From the IMG/VR virus record IMGVR_UViG_3300025084_000090, positions 1 through 36,679 of that record: a stretch of 36,679 nt of DNA; one strand, given 5' to 3'. Numbering within the stretch: position 1 is the first letter of the stretch; each line of letters begins with the position of its first letter. Origin of the DNA: a virus (lineage: Duplodnaviria > Caudoviricetes). A program made the translations under genes and the position numbers. Positions 8,375 through 16,251 of the stretch are shown piece by piece. The notes under the pieces were generated by a model that had not been told where the DNA came from, did no database searches, and was given only the letters and a program-made list of their open reading frames with translations.

Positions 8375-8843
8375 TGTCTTGCTCCTTTAGGAAGTCTTCT
8401 GCATCATCGCCAATATGTGTAGCATGATGCATAACATTATCAACAGTCATGTCAATAAGTTTATCTTCGTCATCTACTCTATTAGCTTGAATAGATGTTG
8501 GTTGCATAGCTAACCAATTTTGAAATAACCCAATCTCTACTGCTTGCTCATATATATCTTCTATATCTTGTCGCGTATATGTATCTTTCTCTAGATACAT
8601 TGGATTACTATTAATGTAATCAGCCATAGTTTCTGCACGTGCATGAGTTACTATTTCCATGCCACGATTAACAGCATTAATTAAACTATCTGCCCATACT
8701 TCAACACGATATATCATATGTCTACCGTCATTGTCGTCTGGTATAAACGTTTTGTCATTAACACTGTCATCAGCCATATAGTTAGCAACAATATAATACT
8801 TATGCATATCGCGCTTTCTACTGGACAATCCTATTACTTCCAT
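8364..8843 (-). CDS. Acidic hypothetical protein
   Basis: 159 aa ORF with AGAAAGGA SD. Confidence 0.8.
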   Translation of the reverse strand: MEVIGLSSRKRDMHKYYIVANYMADDSVNDKTFIPDDNDGRHMIYRVEVWADSLINAVNRGMEIVTHARAETMADYINSNPMYLEKDTYTRQDIEDIYEQAVEIGLFQNWLAMQPTSIQANRVDDEDKLIDMTVDNVMHHATHIGDDAEDFLKEQDNDA

Positions 8844-8863
8844 TATATTTCCTTTCTTTTATA

Positions 8864-8904
8864 GTCGACTTCTCTCGAACCTCTTGGCAGAGAGAGAAGG
8901 AGAC
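8864..8904 (+). repeat. GA-N11-GA hairpin copy B
   Basis: GTC-GA-CTTCTCTC-GAACCTCTTGGCAGA-GAGAGAAG-GA-GAC; carries a second tandem GA/GA in the stem. Confidence 0.7.
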
Positions 8905-8905
8905 A

Positions 8906-9088
8906 TGACTGAGTGGTATGTCGTAGGGCAACGATGTAACTCAGTCACACTCCAATAGCTACGTACGTGTAGCTTGTAACACACCTTCATAGTTTCTTCG
9001 CCTAAGCTACTACTTACTATTACTACTATGTGCTACAAGCTACTCACAGAATCACTTGCGTGACTTTGGGCTATGCTGTGAATAGCTA
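8906..9088 (-). ncRNA. Candidate structured intergenic RNA
   Basis: 15-bp stem 8969-8983/9029-9043 (G-U on minus strand), AGUCAC-GCAA-GUGAUU GNRA hairpin, 9-bp stem 8906-8914/8939-8947. Confidence 0.5.
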
Positions 9089-9095
9089 GCGTTAG

Positions 9096-9305
9096 TTAAT
9101 CTACTAGACTTGATAGTCCTGATATGCTAAACATACTTGGTTTATAAGATTTAAATTCTATATCACCATCGTTGTCTACATTACTTACCATCATATCTAT
9201 CTGTGCAATAGCGTCTTCCATTGTTACGTCACCATTAAAGGTAAAGTCAACTGATAATATATTCTCATCACGCCTTGCGTTACTATCTACATATTTGTAT
9301 GTCAT
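9096..9305 (-). CDS. Hypothetical protein
   Basis: 69 aa ORF with AAGGAG SD. Confidence 0.75.
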   Translation of the reverse strand: MTYKYVDSNARRDENILSVDFTFNGDVTMEDAIAQIDMMVSNVDNDGDIEFKSYKPSMFSISGLSSLVD

Positions 9306-9317
9306 AGTTTCTCCTTA

Positions 9318-9407
9318 TTATTTTTGTGCTATATACATAGATATAAATAAAAACGCTATTGGAATTATTACACCTACTAACATAACTTCTGTTGTTAATT
9401 CACTCAT
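9318..9407 (-). CDS. 29-aa single-pass membrane peptide (not in the ORF track)
   Basis: Hand translation MSELTTEVMLVGVIIPIAFLFISMYIAQK*; start coupled to the upstream stop (TAATG). Confidence 0.7.
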   Translation of the reverse strand: MSELTTEVMLVGVIIPIAFLFISMYIAQK

Positions 9408-9973
9408 TATCTACCAAATTGTTTAATCATATTTACAAATGAGTTAGTATGTTCTTGTTCTACCATACCAAAGTTTTCTATTGGATAATCTGTTCGGTGT
9501 GGTTCGGGTAAATCATACTCAAACTCATCAAGAAACTTATTAACTATCTCTACTTTATATGTCTCTGCTATGTGTTGTAATAATAAAAATGGTTCACCCC
9601 ATGCAGTTTGAAATGTAAGAACAATACTTTTATCGTCTTTACTTATTATTTCAGTGTCTCTGTCACCCCATTTAGTACCCCAGTTAAGATACTGCCAGTC
9701 AATAGAGTTAGTACATTTATATTTTTCTTTTAACTCATCAAGTTTCATATCTAATACTGGACGTCTAGTACCGTCATCATCTTCATACCAATTTCTATAT
9801 CTAACATCATCAATAGTTATTGAACCACTATGTATATCTGTTAATTCTGAAGGTGTTGGCATTGTATTAGCTAAATAAAATACACCTTCGTTAATAGTTA
9901 TATCATCATATAATTCATCTAAACTATTTTTATCTCCTGTAATTACTGCGTTATTTGTTACCCAATTAGGCAT
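9407..9973 (-). CDS. YubB/DUF1281-like (ferredoxin-like fold) protein
   Basis: MPNWVTN start, W..LNWGTKW and FQTAW..P motifs. Confidence 0.8.
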   Translation of the reverse strand: MPNWVTNNAVITGDKNSLDELYDDITINEGVFYLANTMPTPSELTDIHSGSITIDDVRYRNWYEDDDGTRRPVLDMKLDELKEKYKCTNSIDWQYLNWGTKWGDRDTEIISKDDKSIVLTFQTAWGEPFLLLQHIAETYKVEIVNKFLDEFEYDLPEPHRTDYPIENFGMVEQEHTNSFVNMIKQFGR

Positions 9974-10167
9974 TATTCCTCCTCGTTTATAGTTTCTTTA
10001 TTGATTTGATATAAGAATGCCTCAAGTATCATTGCACTGTGTGAACGTAACTCATCACGCACTCTATCATTTTTACTCCAGTTAAGTAAGTCTCTTATTA
10101 ACCATAAGATTATCCTCGTTAACTGTTTGTTGTTTAATAATTGTAATTTTTCTATAGCTTTATCCAT
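9973..10167 (-). CDS. Hypothetical protein
   Basis: 64 aa ORF with AGAAAGGA SD. Confidence 0.75.
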   Translation of the reverse strand: MDKAIEKLQLLNNKQLTRIILWLIRDLLNWSKNDRVRDELRSHSAMILEAFLYQINKETINEEE

Positions 10168-10186
10168 TGTATCCTTTCTTAGACAG

Positions 10187-10220
10187 CTTCGTGCTGAACC
10201 CGTGAGAGCGAAGCACGAAG
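10187..10220 (+). repeat. GA-N12-GA hairpin copy C
   Basis: CTTCGTGCT-GAACCCGTGAGAGCGA-AGCACGAAG. Confidence 0.75.
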
Positions 10221-10237
10221 TCTATCTTATCTTTTAA

Positions 10238-10441
10238 TTAAAAGGGTGAATCTTCAAAGATAAACTTTGACGCTGTTATATTTAATGCGTCTAAGTCACT
10301 TGCTATCTTTGCGTCAACTAATCCCTCATGGTATGCAGTTATTGCATTTTCAATCATCGTGTTTAGTTTATTAATTTCTGCAGCATTTAATATAGGTTTG
10401 ATTATATCTAATGCATTTTTAATTTCGATTATGTTATCCAT
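10238..10441 (-). CDS. Hypothetical protein
   Basis: 67 aa ORF with GAAAGGA SD. Confidence 0.75.
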   Translation of the reverse strand: MDNIIEIKNALDIIKPILNAAEINKLNTMIENAITAYHEGLVDAKIASDLDALNITASKFIFEDSPF

Positions 10442-10557
10442 AATATTCCTTTCATAGTGTTATCTAGTATACATACATGCCTGACTTAACAGACATGTAT
10501 ATAATATTTATCTTGAGCAATTACATATATGATTATGTACTTTGTTTATACAATAAC

Positions 10558-10797
10558 TCATCTGAATGCCAATCGCATTTGTGTTAACTTACTTAATGGT
10601 CTACGAGATACTTCCCATAGGTCTTGTCCATTCATATATGCTTGGTTAGCACAGTCAACGTAATGAATGTTAAGTGGATACTTAATTAGTTCTCCACTAC
10701 TATCTCGTTTCGTACCTGGTTTATAGTATGCATCTTTATGAAAGATTATAGGGTACGTACATACTCTACATATTTTCTTAGTTTTAAATTTAGTCAT
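10558..10797 (-). CDS. Small Zn-binding hypothetical protein
   Basis: CRVC...HYVDC motif; AGAAAGGA SD. Confidence 0.75.
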   Translation of the reverse strand: MTKFKTKKICRVCTYPIIFHKDAYYKPGTKRDSSGELIKYPLNIHYVDCANQAYMNGQDLWEVSRRPLSKLTQMRLAFR

Positions 10798-10924
10798 AAC
10801 TTAATTCCTTTCTATTGACTAATTACTTTATAGTAAGAACATATTATTTCTTTACGCCTCTTTCTGCGATATGTTCTATAGTATCTACCAAAGGGGTTGA
10901 TAGATACTAACAACATATAGTTGT

Positions 10925-11242
10925 TTAGAAGTTAGCTTCTTCAGCTTCCATAACCTCTACTTCTACAACCTCAGCTACATTAACTTCGGTCTTAGGACCT
11001 TTGTAATATAGTGATGTTGGGCTTTGGTTATGTAACTCGAGCAGTTGCTTTTCAGCATCGTATTTTTGTTGTAACAAAGCCGCAACTGTTGGCTCTGTTT
11101 TATCTAAGTGTAACCACATAGTGTTAGTAGTTTTCTTAGTTTTGCTGTATCTAGGCATAGCTGGTTGTAATCTATCCTCAAATGGTAGTTCTTTACCAGT
11201 CACGCCACATATAGGTGTTACCCATTCTCTTGTAGTTGCCAT
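10925..11242 (-). CDS. Hypothetical early protein
   Basis: 105 aa ORF with AAAGGAGG SD and an acidic tail. Confidence 0.8.
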   Translation of the reverse strand: MATTREWVTPICGVTGKELPFEDRLQPAMPRYSKTKKTTNTMWLHLDKTEPTVAALLQQKYDAEKQLLELHNQSPTSLYYKGPKTEVNVAEVVEVEVMEAEEANF

Positions 11243-11310
11243 AATAATAACCTCCTTTTATTATTGTTAATTTGTTATTTATAGCTGATATATACATTTT
11301 ATATATATCT

Positions 11311-11348
11311 AGAGTCTTTCTGACCCCGTGGGTCGGAAGAAAGACTTT
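11311..11348 (+). repeat. GA-N12-GA hairpin copy D
   Basis: AGAGTCTTTCT-GACCCCGTGGGTCGGA-AGAAAGACTTT. Confidence 0.85.
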
Positions 11349-11362
11349 GAGATATATACAAC

Positions 11363-11449
11363 TCATATGTTCATTATGTGACAAACCTCGCAATAGATAA
11401 CGCTATTTTTATTTGGGTGGTCATTAGAACAAGTGTATTTATTAGGCAT
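11363..11449 (-). CDS. 28-aa Cys/His micro-protein (not in the ORF track)
   Basis: AAGGAG SD then MPNKYTCSNDHPNKNSVIYCEVCHIMNI*; C-x3-H...C-x2-C zinc-ribbon pattern. Confidence 0.65.
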   Translation of the reverse strand: MPNKYTCSNDHPNKNSVIYCEVCHIMNI

Positions 11450-11476
11450 AGTATCTCCTTAACATAATATAGAATC

Positions 11477-11510
11477 AGACGTTCTGACTCTATGAGTCGG
11501 AAGAACGTCT
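11477..11510 (+). repeat. GA-N12-GA hairpin copy E
   Basis: AGACGTTCT-GACTCTATGAGTCGGA-AGAACGTCT. Confidence 0.85.
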
Positions 11511-11603
11511 TATGCTTTAGTGTGTAGTTATATATAGATTACATATCCTTACAAGGGAACTTAAAGTAACCATATATCTCTTTAAATTAAAGCATCTAGT
11601 ATT

Positions 11604-11639
11604 CATACCTTCTGACTCTGTGAGTCGGAAGAAGGTATG
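11604..11639 (+). repeat. GA-N12-GA hairpin copy F
   Basis: CATACCTTCT-GACTCTGTGAGTCGGA-AGAAGGTATG. Confidence 0.85.
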
Positions 11640-11942
11640 TATACAAGAAGATATATTTTTCTATAAGCTTCTGTAATTATGTACCTATTACAAGTGTATG
11701 ACTAGCATATGTCAATCTTAGGTCTTACTATATAGTACGTATGTCTAGAAATATATGCTGGTAATTCAGAAGAAACCCTGTCCGTATAGGCGTTAGCGGG
11801 CATTAGGGGTAAATGTTTGACTTAACATGTTTTAGTGTCCTTGGGTACTGCCTTTGTCTTTCTAGTGTACTGTCTTGCCAGTCAGCAGCTTTCCGCATCC
11901 CGATTGCAACTTCACCTGTAACAAAATACTTGTGTTAAGTGT

Positions 11943-11971
11943 TTGTAATATTTAGAACTATAACATATAAT
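11943..11971. promoter_or_regulatory. Overlapping divergent sigma70-type promoters
   Basis: Plus strand: TTGTAA-17 nt-TATAAT (11943-11971) toward terL. Minus strand: extended -10 TGtTATAGT (11965-11957) toward the early arm. Confidence 0.6.
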
Positions 11972-12008
11972 TCTCACTATACAAACATCTAATGAAAGAT
12001 AGTGAAAT

Positions 12009-13931
12009 ATGGTAGATACTACCAATAATGTAATCTGCATAGCAGAGGGCTGTCGAAAGAAACTTAAGGGCAAGCAACGCAAATTCTGCTCTCCTACTTG
12101 CCAAAAACGACAGTTTGCTAGAGACAAATACTATAACAAAGAAGATGACATAAAACCTATCAATATAGATAGAAAATCAGACGATGGCGACTATGCTAGT
12201 GTTAGAAGGGGTCAGTATTATCGAGCTTTCGTAAGCGAAGGAATAGCTGACCAAGTTGCAACAGGCGACATGACGGTAGCTGACGCAGCTTCCATGCTAG
12301 GTTGCACGTCTGCTACTGTCTCTCGCATGCTCGCTGCCTACAAGATAGACAGTAGAAATGAGATAGCTGCAGAAGATTGGGAGTTATCAGAGGATGCCAA
12401 AGACGCATTAGAAAATTTCGCTACCTTCCGACAAAAATACTTCCGAACCGAACTAGGTAAACAGTATGACACCGCGCCTTTTCATACTAACTGGATAAAT
12501 AACATTATAGATAGTATAGAAAACGGTAAAGAGTTACTTATCTTAAGCCCCCCTAGACATGGAAAGACAGAACTGTTAATACATTTTGCTGTGTATCAGA
12601 TATGTAAGAATCCAAACACACGTATCATGTGGGTAGGTGGGAACGAAGATATAGCTAAAAATGCCCTTAGCGCAGTCTTAGACGTGCTTGACACGAACGA
12701 AGAACTCAGAGATGCATATTGTATGCCAGGAACATCTTTTAAGCCAGATAACCGTTCTGGTAAGAACTGGTCACAAAATCAGTTTACTGTAGGTACTCGT
12801 ACAGTTGCAGGTATTAAGTCACCGACAATGGTAGCTGTAGGTAAGGGTGGAAAGATTCTATCACGTGACTGTGACATAATTATTGCTGATGACATTGAGG
12901 ACCACCAAACTACTATGCAACCTGGTGCAAGAGAAAGTACTAGGCAATGGTGGACTACAACATTATCAAGTCGTAAAGAGGAACACACAGCTGTAATTGT
13001 TATTGGGTCTAGACAGCACCCTGATGATTTATATAATCACTTACTTGCATCAGATAACTTTACAAGCATAGTAGAAACAGCACACGCTATAGATTGTCAA
13101 GTACCAGAACACGAAGAAGAAAATCATATCGAATGTATGTTATGGGCTAACAAACGTTCCTTTAAATGGTTAATGTCTAGGTTGCATTCTGCTGAATCAA
13201 CAGGTGGTAGACAAACATTCGAGATGGTTTATTTTAATCAAGCATACATAGAGGGTACACAGATATTTACAATGCCTATGGTTGACCAATGTATGCGACC
13301 AGACTTAACGTTAGGTCAGGTATATAAAAACTTACATTTAGTTGCAGGACTTGACCCTGCATCAGCTGGATATCAAGCATCTGTACTATGGGGTATTGAT
13401 GTATATAGAGCTGAATTATATTTAGTAGATTTAGAAAATAGACGAGGGGGCGGAGTAAGGGCTGCACTTGACCAAATATCTGATTGGCTACATAAGTACG
13501 ATTGTAGACATTGGATAGTAGAAGAAAACGGTTTTCAAACTGCAATAAGACAAGACGAAAAGATAAAAGAATTTACTTTACGCTCAGGTGTACAAATACA
13601 AGGACACTTGACTGGAAAGAATAAACATGACCCACTATATGGTGTAGGTGCAATGGCTGATTTATTTGAGAATAAAAAAATACACTTACCTACTGGTGAT
13701 GGTGGTTCTAACGCAAAGGTACAACAATATCGACAACAACTGTTATACTTTGATGGAAAACCTGTTTCTAAGCGAAACAAGGAAAAAACTGATATAGTTA
13801 TGGCTAGTTGGTTTCCTATGAAGGTTTTTAGAAGACTGCAGAAAGAACGGGCTGCTGATATAGGACTAGATTACACACCTAGTTATGGAGAGTATAAGAT
13901 GACAGAAATGAATGACGCACCATGGGCATAG
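12009..13931 (+). CDS. terL: Terminase large subunit with N-terminal Zn-finger and HTH extension
   Basis: Walker A SPPRHGKT, Walker B IIIADD, coupling motif GSRQH, nuclease AGLDPA/VEEN/DIVMA. Confidence 0.95.
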   Translation: MVDTTNNVICIAEGCRKKLKGKQRKFCSPTCQKRQFARDKYYNKEDDIKPINIDRKSDDGDYASVRRGQYYRAFVSEGIADQVATGDMTVADAASMLGCTSATVSRMLAAYKIDSRNEIAAEDWELSEDAKDALENFATFRQKYFRTELGKQYDTAPFHTNWINNIIDSIENGKELLILSPPRHGKTELLIHFAVYQICKNPNTRIMWVGGNEDIAKNALSAVLDVLDTNEELRDAYCMPGTSFKPDNRSGKNWSQNQFTVGTRTVAGIKSPTMVAVGKGGKILSRDCDIIIADDIEDHQTTMQPGARESTRQWWTTTLSSRKEEHTAVIVIGSRQHPDDLYNHLLASDNFTSIVETAHAIDCQVPEHEEENHIECMLWANKRSFKWLMSRLHSAESTGGRQTFEMVYFNQAYIEGTQIFTMPMVDQCMRPDLTLGQVYKNLHLVAGLDPASAGYQASVLWGIDVYRAELYLVDLENRRGGGVRAALDQISDWLHKYDCRHWIVEENGFQTAIRQDEKIKEFTLRSGVQIQGHLTGKNKHDPLYGVGAMADLFENKKIHLPTGDGGSNAKVQQYRQQLLYFDGKPVSKRNKEKTDIVMASWFPMKVFRRLQKERAADIGLDYTPSYGEYKMTEMNDAPWA

Positions 13932-15712
13932 AAAACTTAGATGTTAAATCCTACAAAGAAATAGTTAGAAATGCTGCTGAGTTAACTACAGGCAAACTAA
14001 CACAAGAACGTCAAGTTTCTAAAGCAAGAATTAAATCTATTCTTAATGGTGGTGCAGATGGTATTAAAGCATTACTAGGTAATACAATGGAAACCTCTGA
14101 TGCTGATTTATTACCAGCTCCGAACATGTTGCAGTCTGGTATTGATAGACTTGCACAAAAAATTTCAGGTATACCTCAAGTACGAGTAGATATACCTAAT
14201 GATAATGATTCTACTAGAAGTAAAATACGTGCAGAAAAATTAGAACGTATTGTTTCTAACTATGATGACAAACAAAATTTAAGTTTACAATTAGCACAAG
14301 CTGCAAGATGGTTGCCAGGATATGGTTACTGTGCTTGGGTTATAACAACTAAAAGAGATAAGAATGGTTTTTATTATCCATCAGCAGAACTAAGAGACCC
14401 TTATGATACCTTTCCAGGAAACTTTGGACCTGACCAACAACCAAGAGAAATGGCTGTAGTTAGAAGAATACCAAGATATAAACTTGCACAAATTTATCCA
14501 GAGTTTGCTAAAGAGATTTTAAAAGAAGATGATGATGATACAGAGAACGATAATTACTCTGATACTGCTACACCGTTTATGTCATACGAAGGTGCTAGAG
14601 AACAGAAGTGGGAAGATAATACATACTCTGGTGTAAGAATAATTGAGTACTATGACATGGGTGGTACATATGTTGTGTTCCCAGAACGCAATATGATATT
14701 AGATTTTATACCTAACGTACTATCAACACCGCCATTTGTGTTTATGAAAAGAGTTTCTTTCGATGCATTAAAAGGACAATATGACCACGTTATAGGTTTA
14801 ATGTCTATGATGGCAAAAATAAATATTATGTCATCTATTGCAATGGAAGATGCTGTGTTTACAGAAACTAACATATCAGGAGAGATAGAATCCGGACAAT
14901 ATAGAAAAGGTAGATTTGCGGTAAACCATCTAGCTCCAGGTACACAAGTTTCTAAACCACAGAACAATATACCGTATCAGTTATTCCAACAAGTAGATAG
15001 ATTAGAACGACAGTTACGTATGGTCGGTGGTTATCCAGTTACTGATGACTCACAGTCACCTAACTCTTTTGTTACTGGTGCTGGACTATCAGAACTTAAC
15101 TCAACTATGTCATTAATGATTAATGAGTATAGAGAAATAATTAAACATGCTATTACTGAAATGGATGCTAAGAGATTAGAAATGGATGTAGTTCTTTCTT
15201 ATACACAAGAGATTAAGAAAAAACCTATGGCAGGTTTCTTTAATGGTTCTGCTTTTACAGAAAACTACAGTCCTTTATCTGATATAGGTGGAGATTTTAG
15301 AACAAGACGTATCTATGGTGTAATGGCTGGTTTTGATGAACCACAGAAAATTGTAACTGGTTTGCAATTATTGCAGGCAGGTGTTATAGACACAGAAACT
15401 TTACAAGACAACATAGATGGATTAGACAACATAGCTAAAGTACAAGAACGTATACGTAAAACTAAAGCAGAGCAAGTCTTATTTGATTCTATACTTGCTA
15501 GAGCAGCACAAGGTGATGCTTCTGCAACTATGGCAGCTATAGCTATTTACGAGTTCCCTAATGAAATGACAGCTATTATGAAACAGTTTTACACTCCTGA
15601 AGAACCACAGATGACACCTGAACAGGAAATGATGATTCAACAACAAATGATGCAACAGCAGATGGGAGGACAAGGTGGACCGCCTACAATGGCACAAGCA
15701 TTTGGAATGTAG
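13922..15712 (+). CDS. Portal protein
   Basis: 596 aa immediately after terL; helical content; Q/M-rich low-complexity C-terminal tail as in podovirus portals. Confidence 0.85.
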   Translation: MGIENLDVKSYKEIVRNAAELTTGKLTQERQVSKARIKSILNGGADGIKALLGNTMETSDADLLPAPNMLQSGIDRLAQKISGIPQVRVDIPNDNDSTRSKIRAEKLERIVSNYDDKQNLSLQLAQAARWLPGYGYCAWVITTKRDKNGFYYPSAELRDPYDTFPGNFGPDQQPREMAVVRRIPRYKLAQIYPEFAKEILKEDDDDTENDNYSDTATPFMSYEGAREQKWEDNTYSGVRIIEYYDMGGTYVVFPERNMILDFIPNVLSTPPFVFMKRVSFDALKGQYDHVIGLMSMMAKINIMSSIAMEDAVFTETNISGEIESGQYRKGRFAVNHLAPGTQVSKPQNNIPYQLFQQVDRLERQLRMVGGYPVTDDSQSPNSFVTGAGLSELNSTMSLMINEYREIIKHAITEMDAKRLEMDVVLSYTQEIKKKPMAGFFNGSAFTENYSPLSDIGGDFRTRRIYGVMAGFDEPQKIVTGLQLLQAGVIDTETLQDNIDGLDNIAKVQERIRKTKAEQVLFDSILARAAQGDASATMAAIAIYEFPNEMTAIMKQFYTPEEPQMTPEQEMMIQQQMMQQQMGGQGGPPTMAQAFGM

Positions 15713-15713
15713 T

Positions 15714-15881
15714 ATGGATGAATATTTAGAAACAGAGTTTTGGGATATGATATATCAAGAATATGGTGTGGAAGATGAGTTAGATATTCTTTCAGAAAAT
15801 ATTACAGAAATTATTATGCCTCAAAAAGGTATTATTATTTTAATTACAAAGGATTTTAACAATGGCAAAGAAACGTTCTAA
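15714..15881 (+). CDS. Small acidic hypothetical protein
   Basis: MDEYLETEFW... begins right after the portal stop. Confidence 0.6.
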   Translation: MDEYLETEFWDMIYQEYGVEDELDILSENITEIIMPQKGIIILITKDFNNGKETF

Positions 15882-16251
15882 CAGAGGGGGATATAGACAA
15901 CCTGCTAATCCTGCACCTGTAGCTACACCACAAGGTGGGCAAAGGACTGACGGAGGACCAGGAAGTTCTAAACAACCCCTTAGAAGGCTTCCAGACGCTG
16001 ATTACGGTGCAAATAAAGCATTTGTTGAACAACAACAAGCATCTCCCCTACCCTCACAACAGAGCATAGTTACACCTAATATCTTTGCACCTACTGAAAG
16101 ACCTACAGAACCTATTACTGAAGGTGTACCAGTAGGACCAGGTAGTAGTGGTGTACGAATGACTGACAATGTAGATATGATGCTACAAGCAATGTATGAA
16201 ATAAATCCATCACCAGTTATATTAGAGTTAATAAATAATAGGAATAGATAA
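15862..16251 (+). CDS. Pro/Gly/Gln-rich putative virion protein
   Basis: RGGYRQP..., PTERPTEPITEG; lies between the portal and the large internal protein. Confidence 0.7.
   Translation: MAKKRSNRGGYRQPANPAPVATPQGGQRTDGGPGSSKQPLRRLPDADYGANKAFVEQQQASPLPSQQSIVTPNIFAPTERPTEPITEGVPVGPGSSGVRMTDNVDMMLQAMYEINPSPVILELINNRNR

Noticed and set aside
11193-11393. 66-aa minus-strand ORF from the track
   Set aside because: No SD; crosses hairpin D and overlaps two better-supported genes
11311-11639. CRISPR mini-array (repeated TTCTGAC...GTCGGAAGAA)
   Set aside because: Only three units, irregular spacers of about 95-130 nt, flanking arms that vary while staying paired, and no cas genes
11311-11639. Hammerhead ribozymes (CUGA...GAA)
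   Set aside because: No CUGANGA core and no three-stem junction; each copy is a single hairpin
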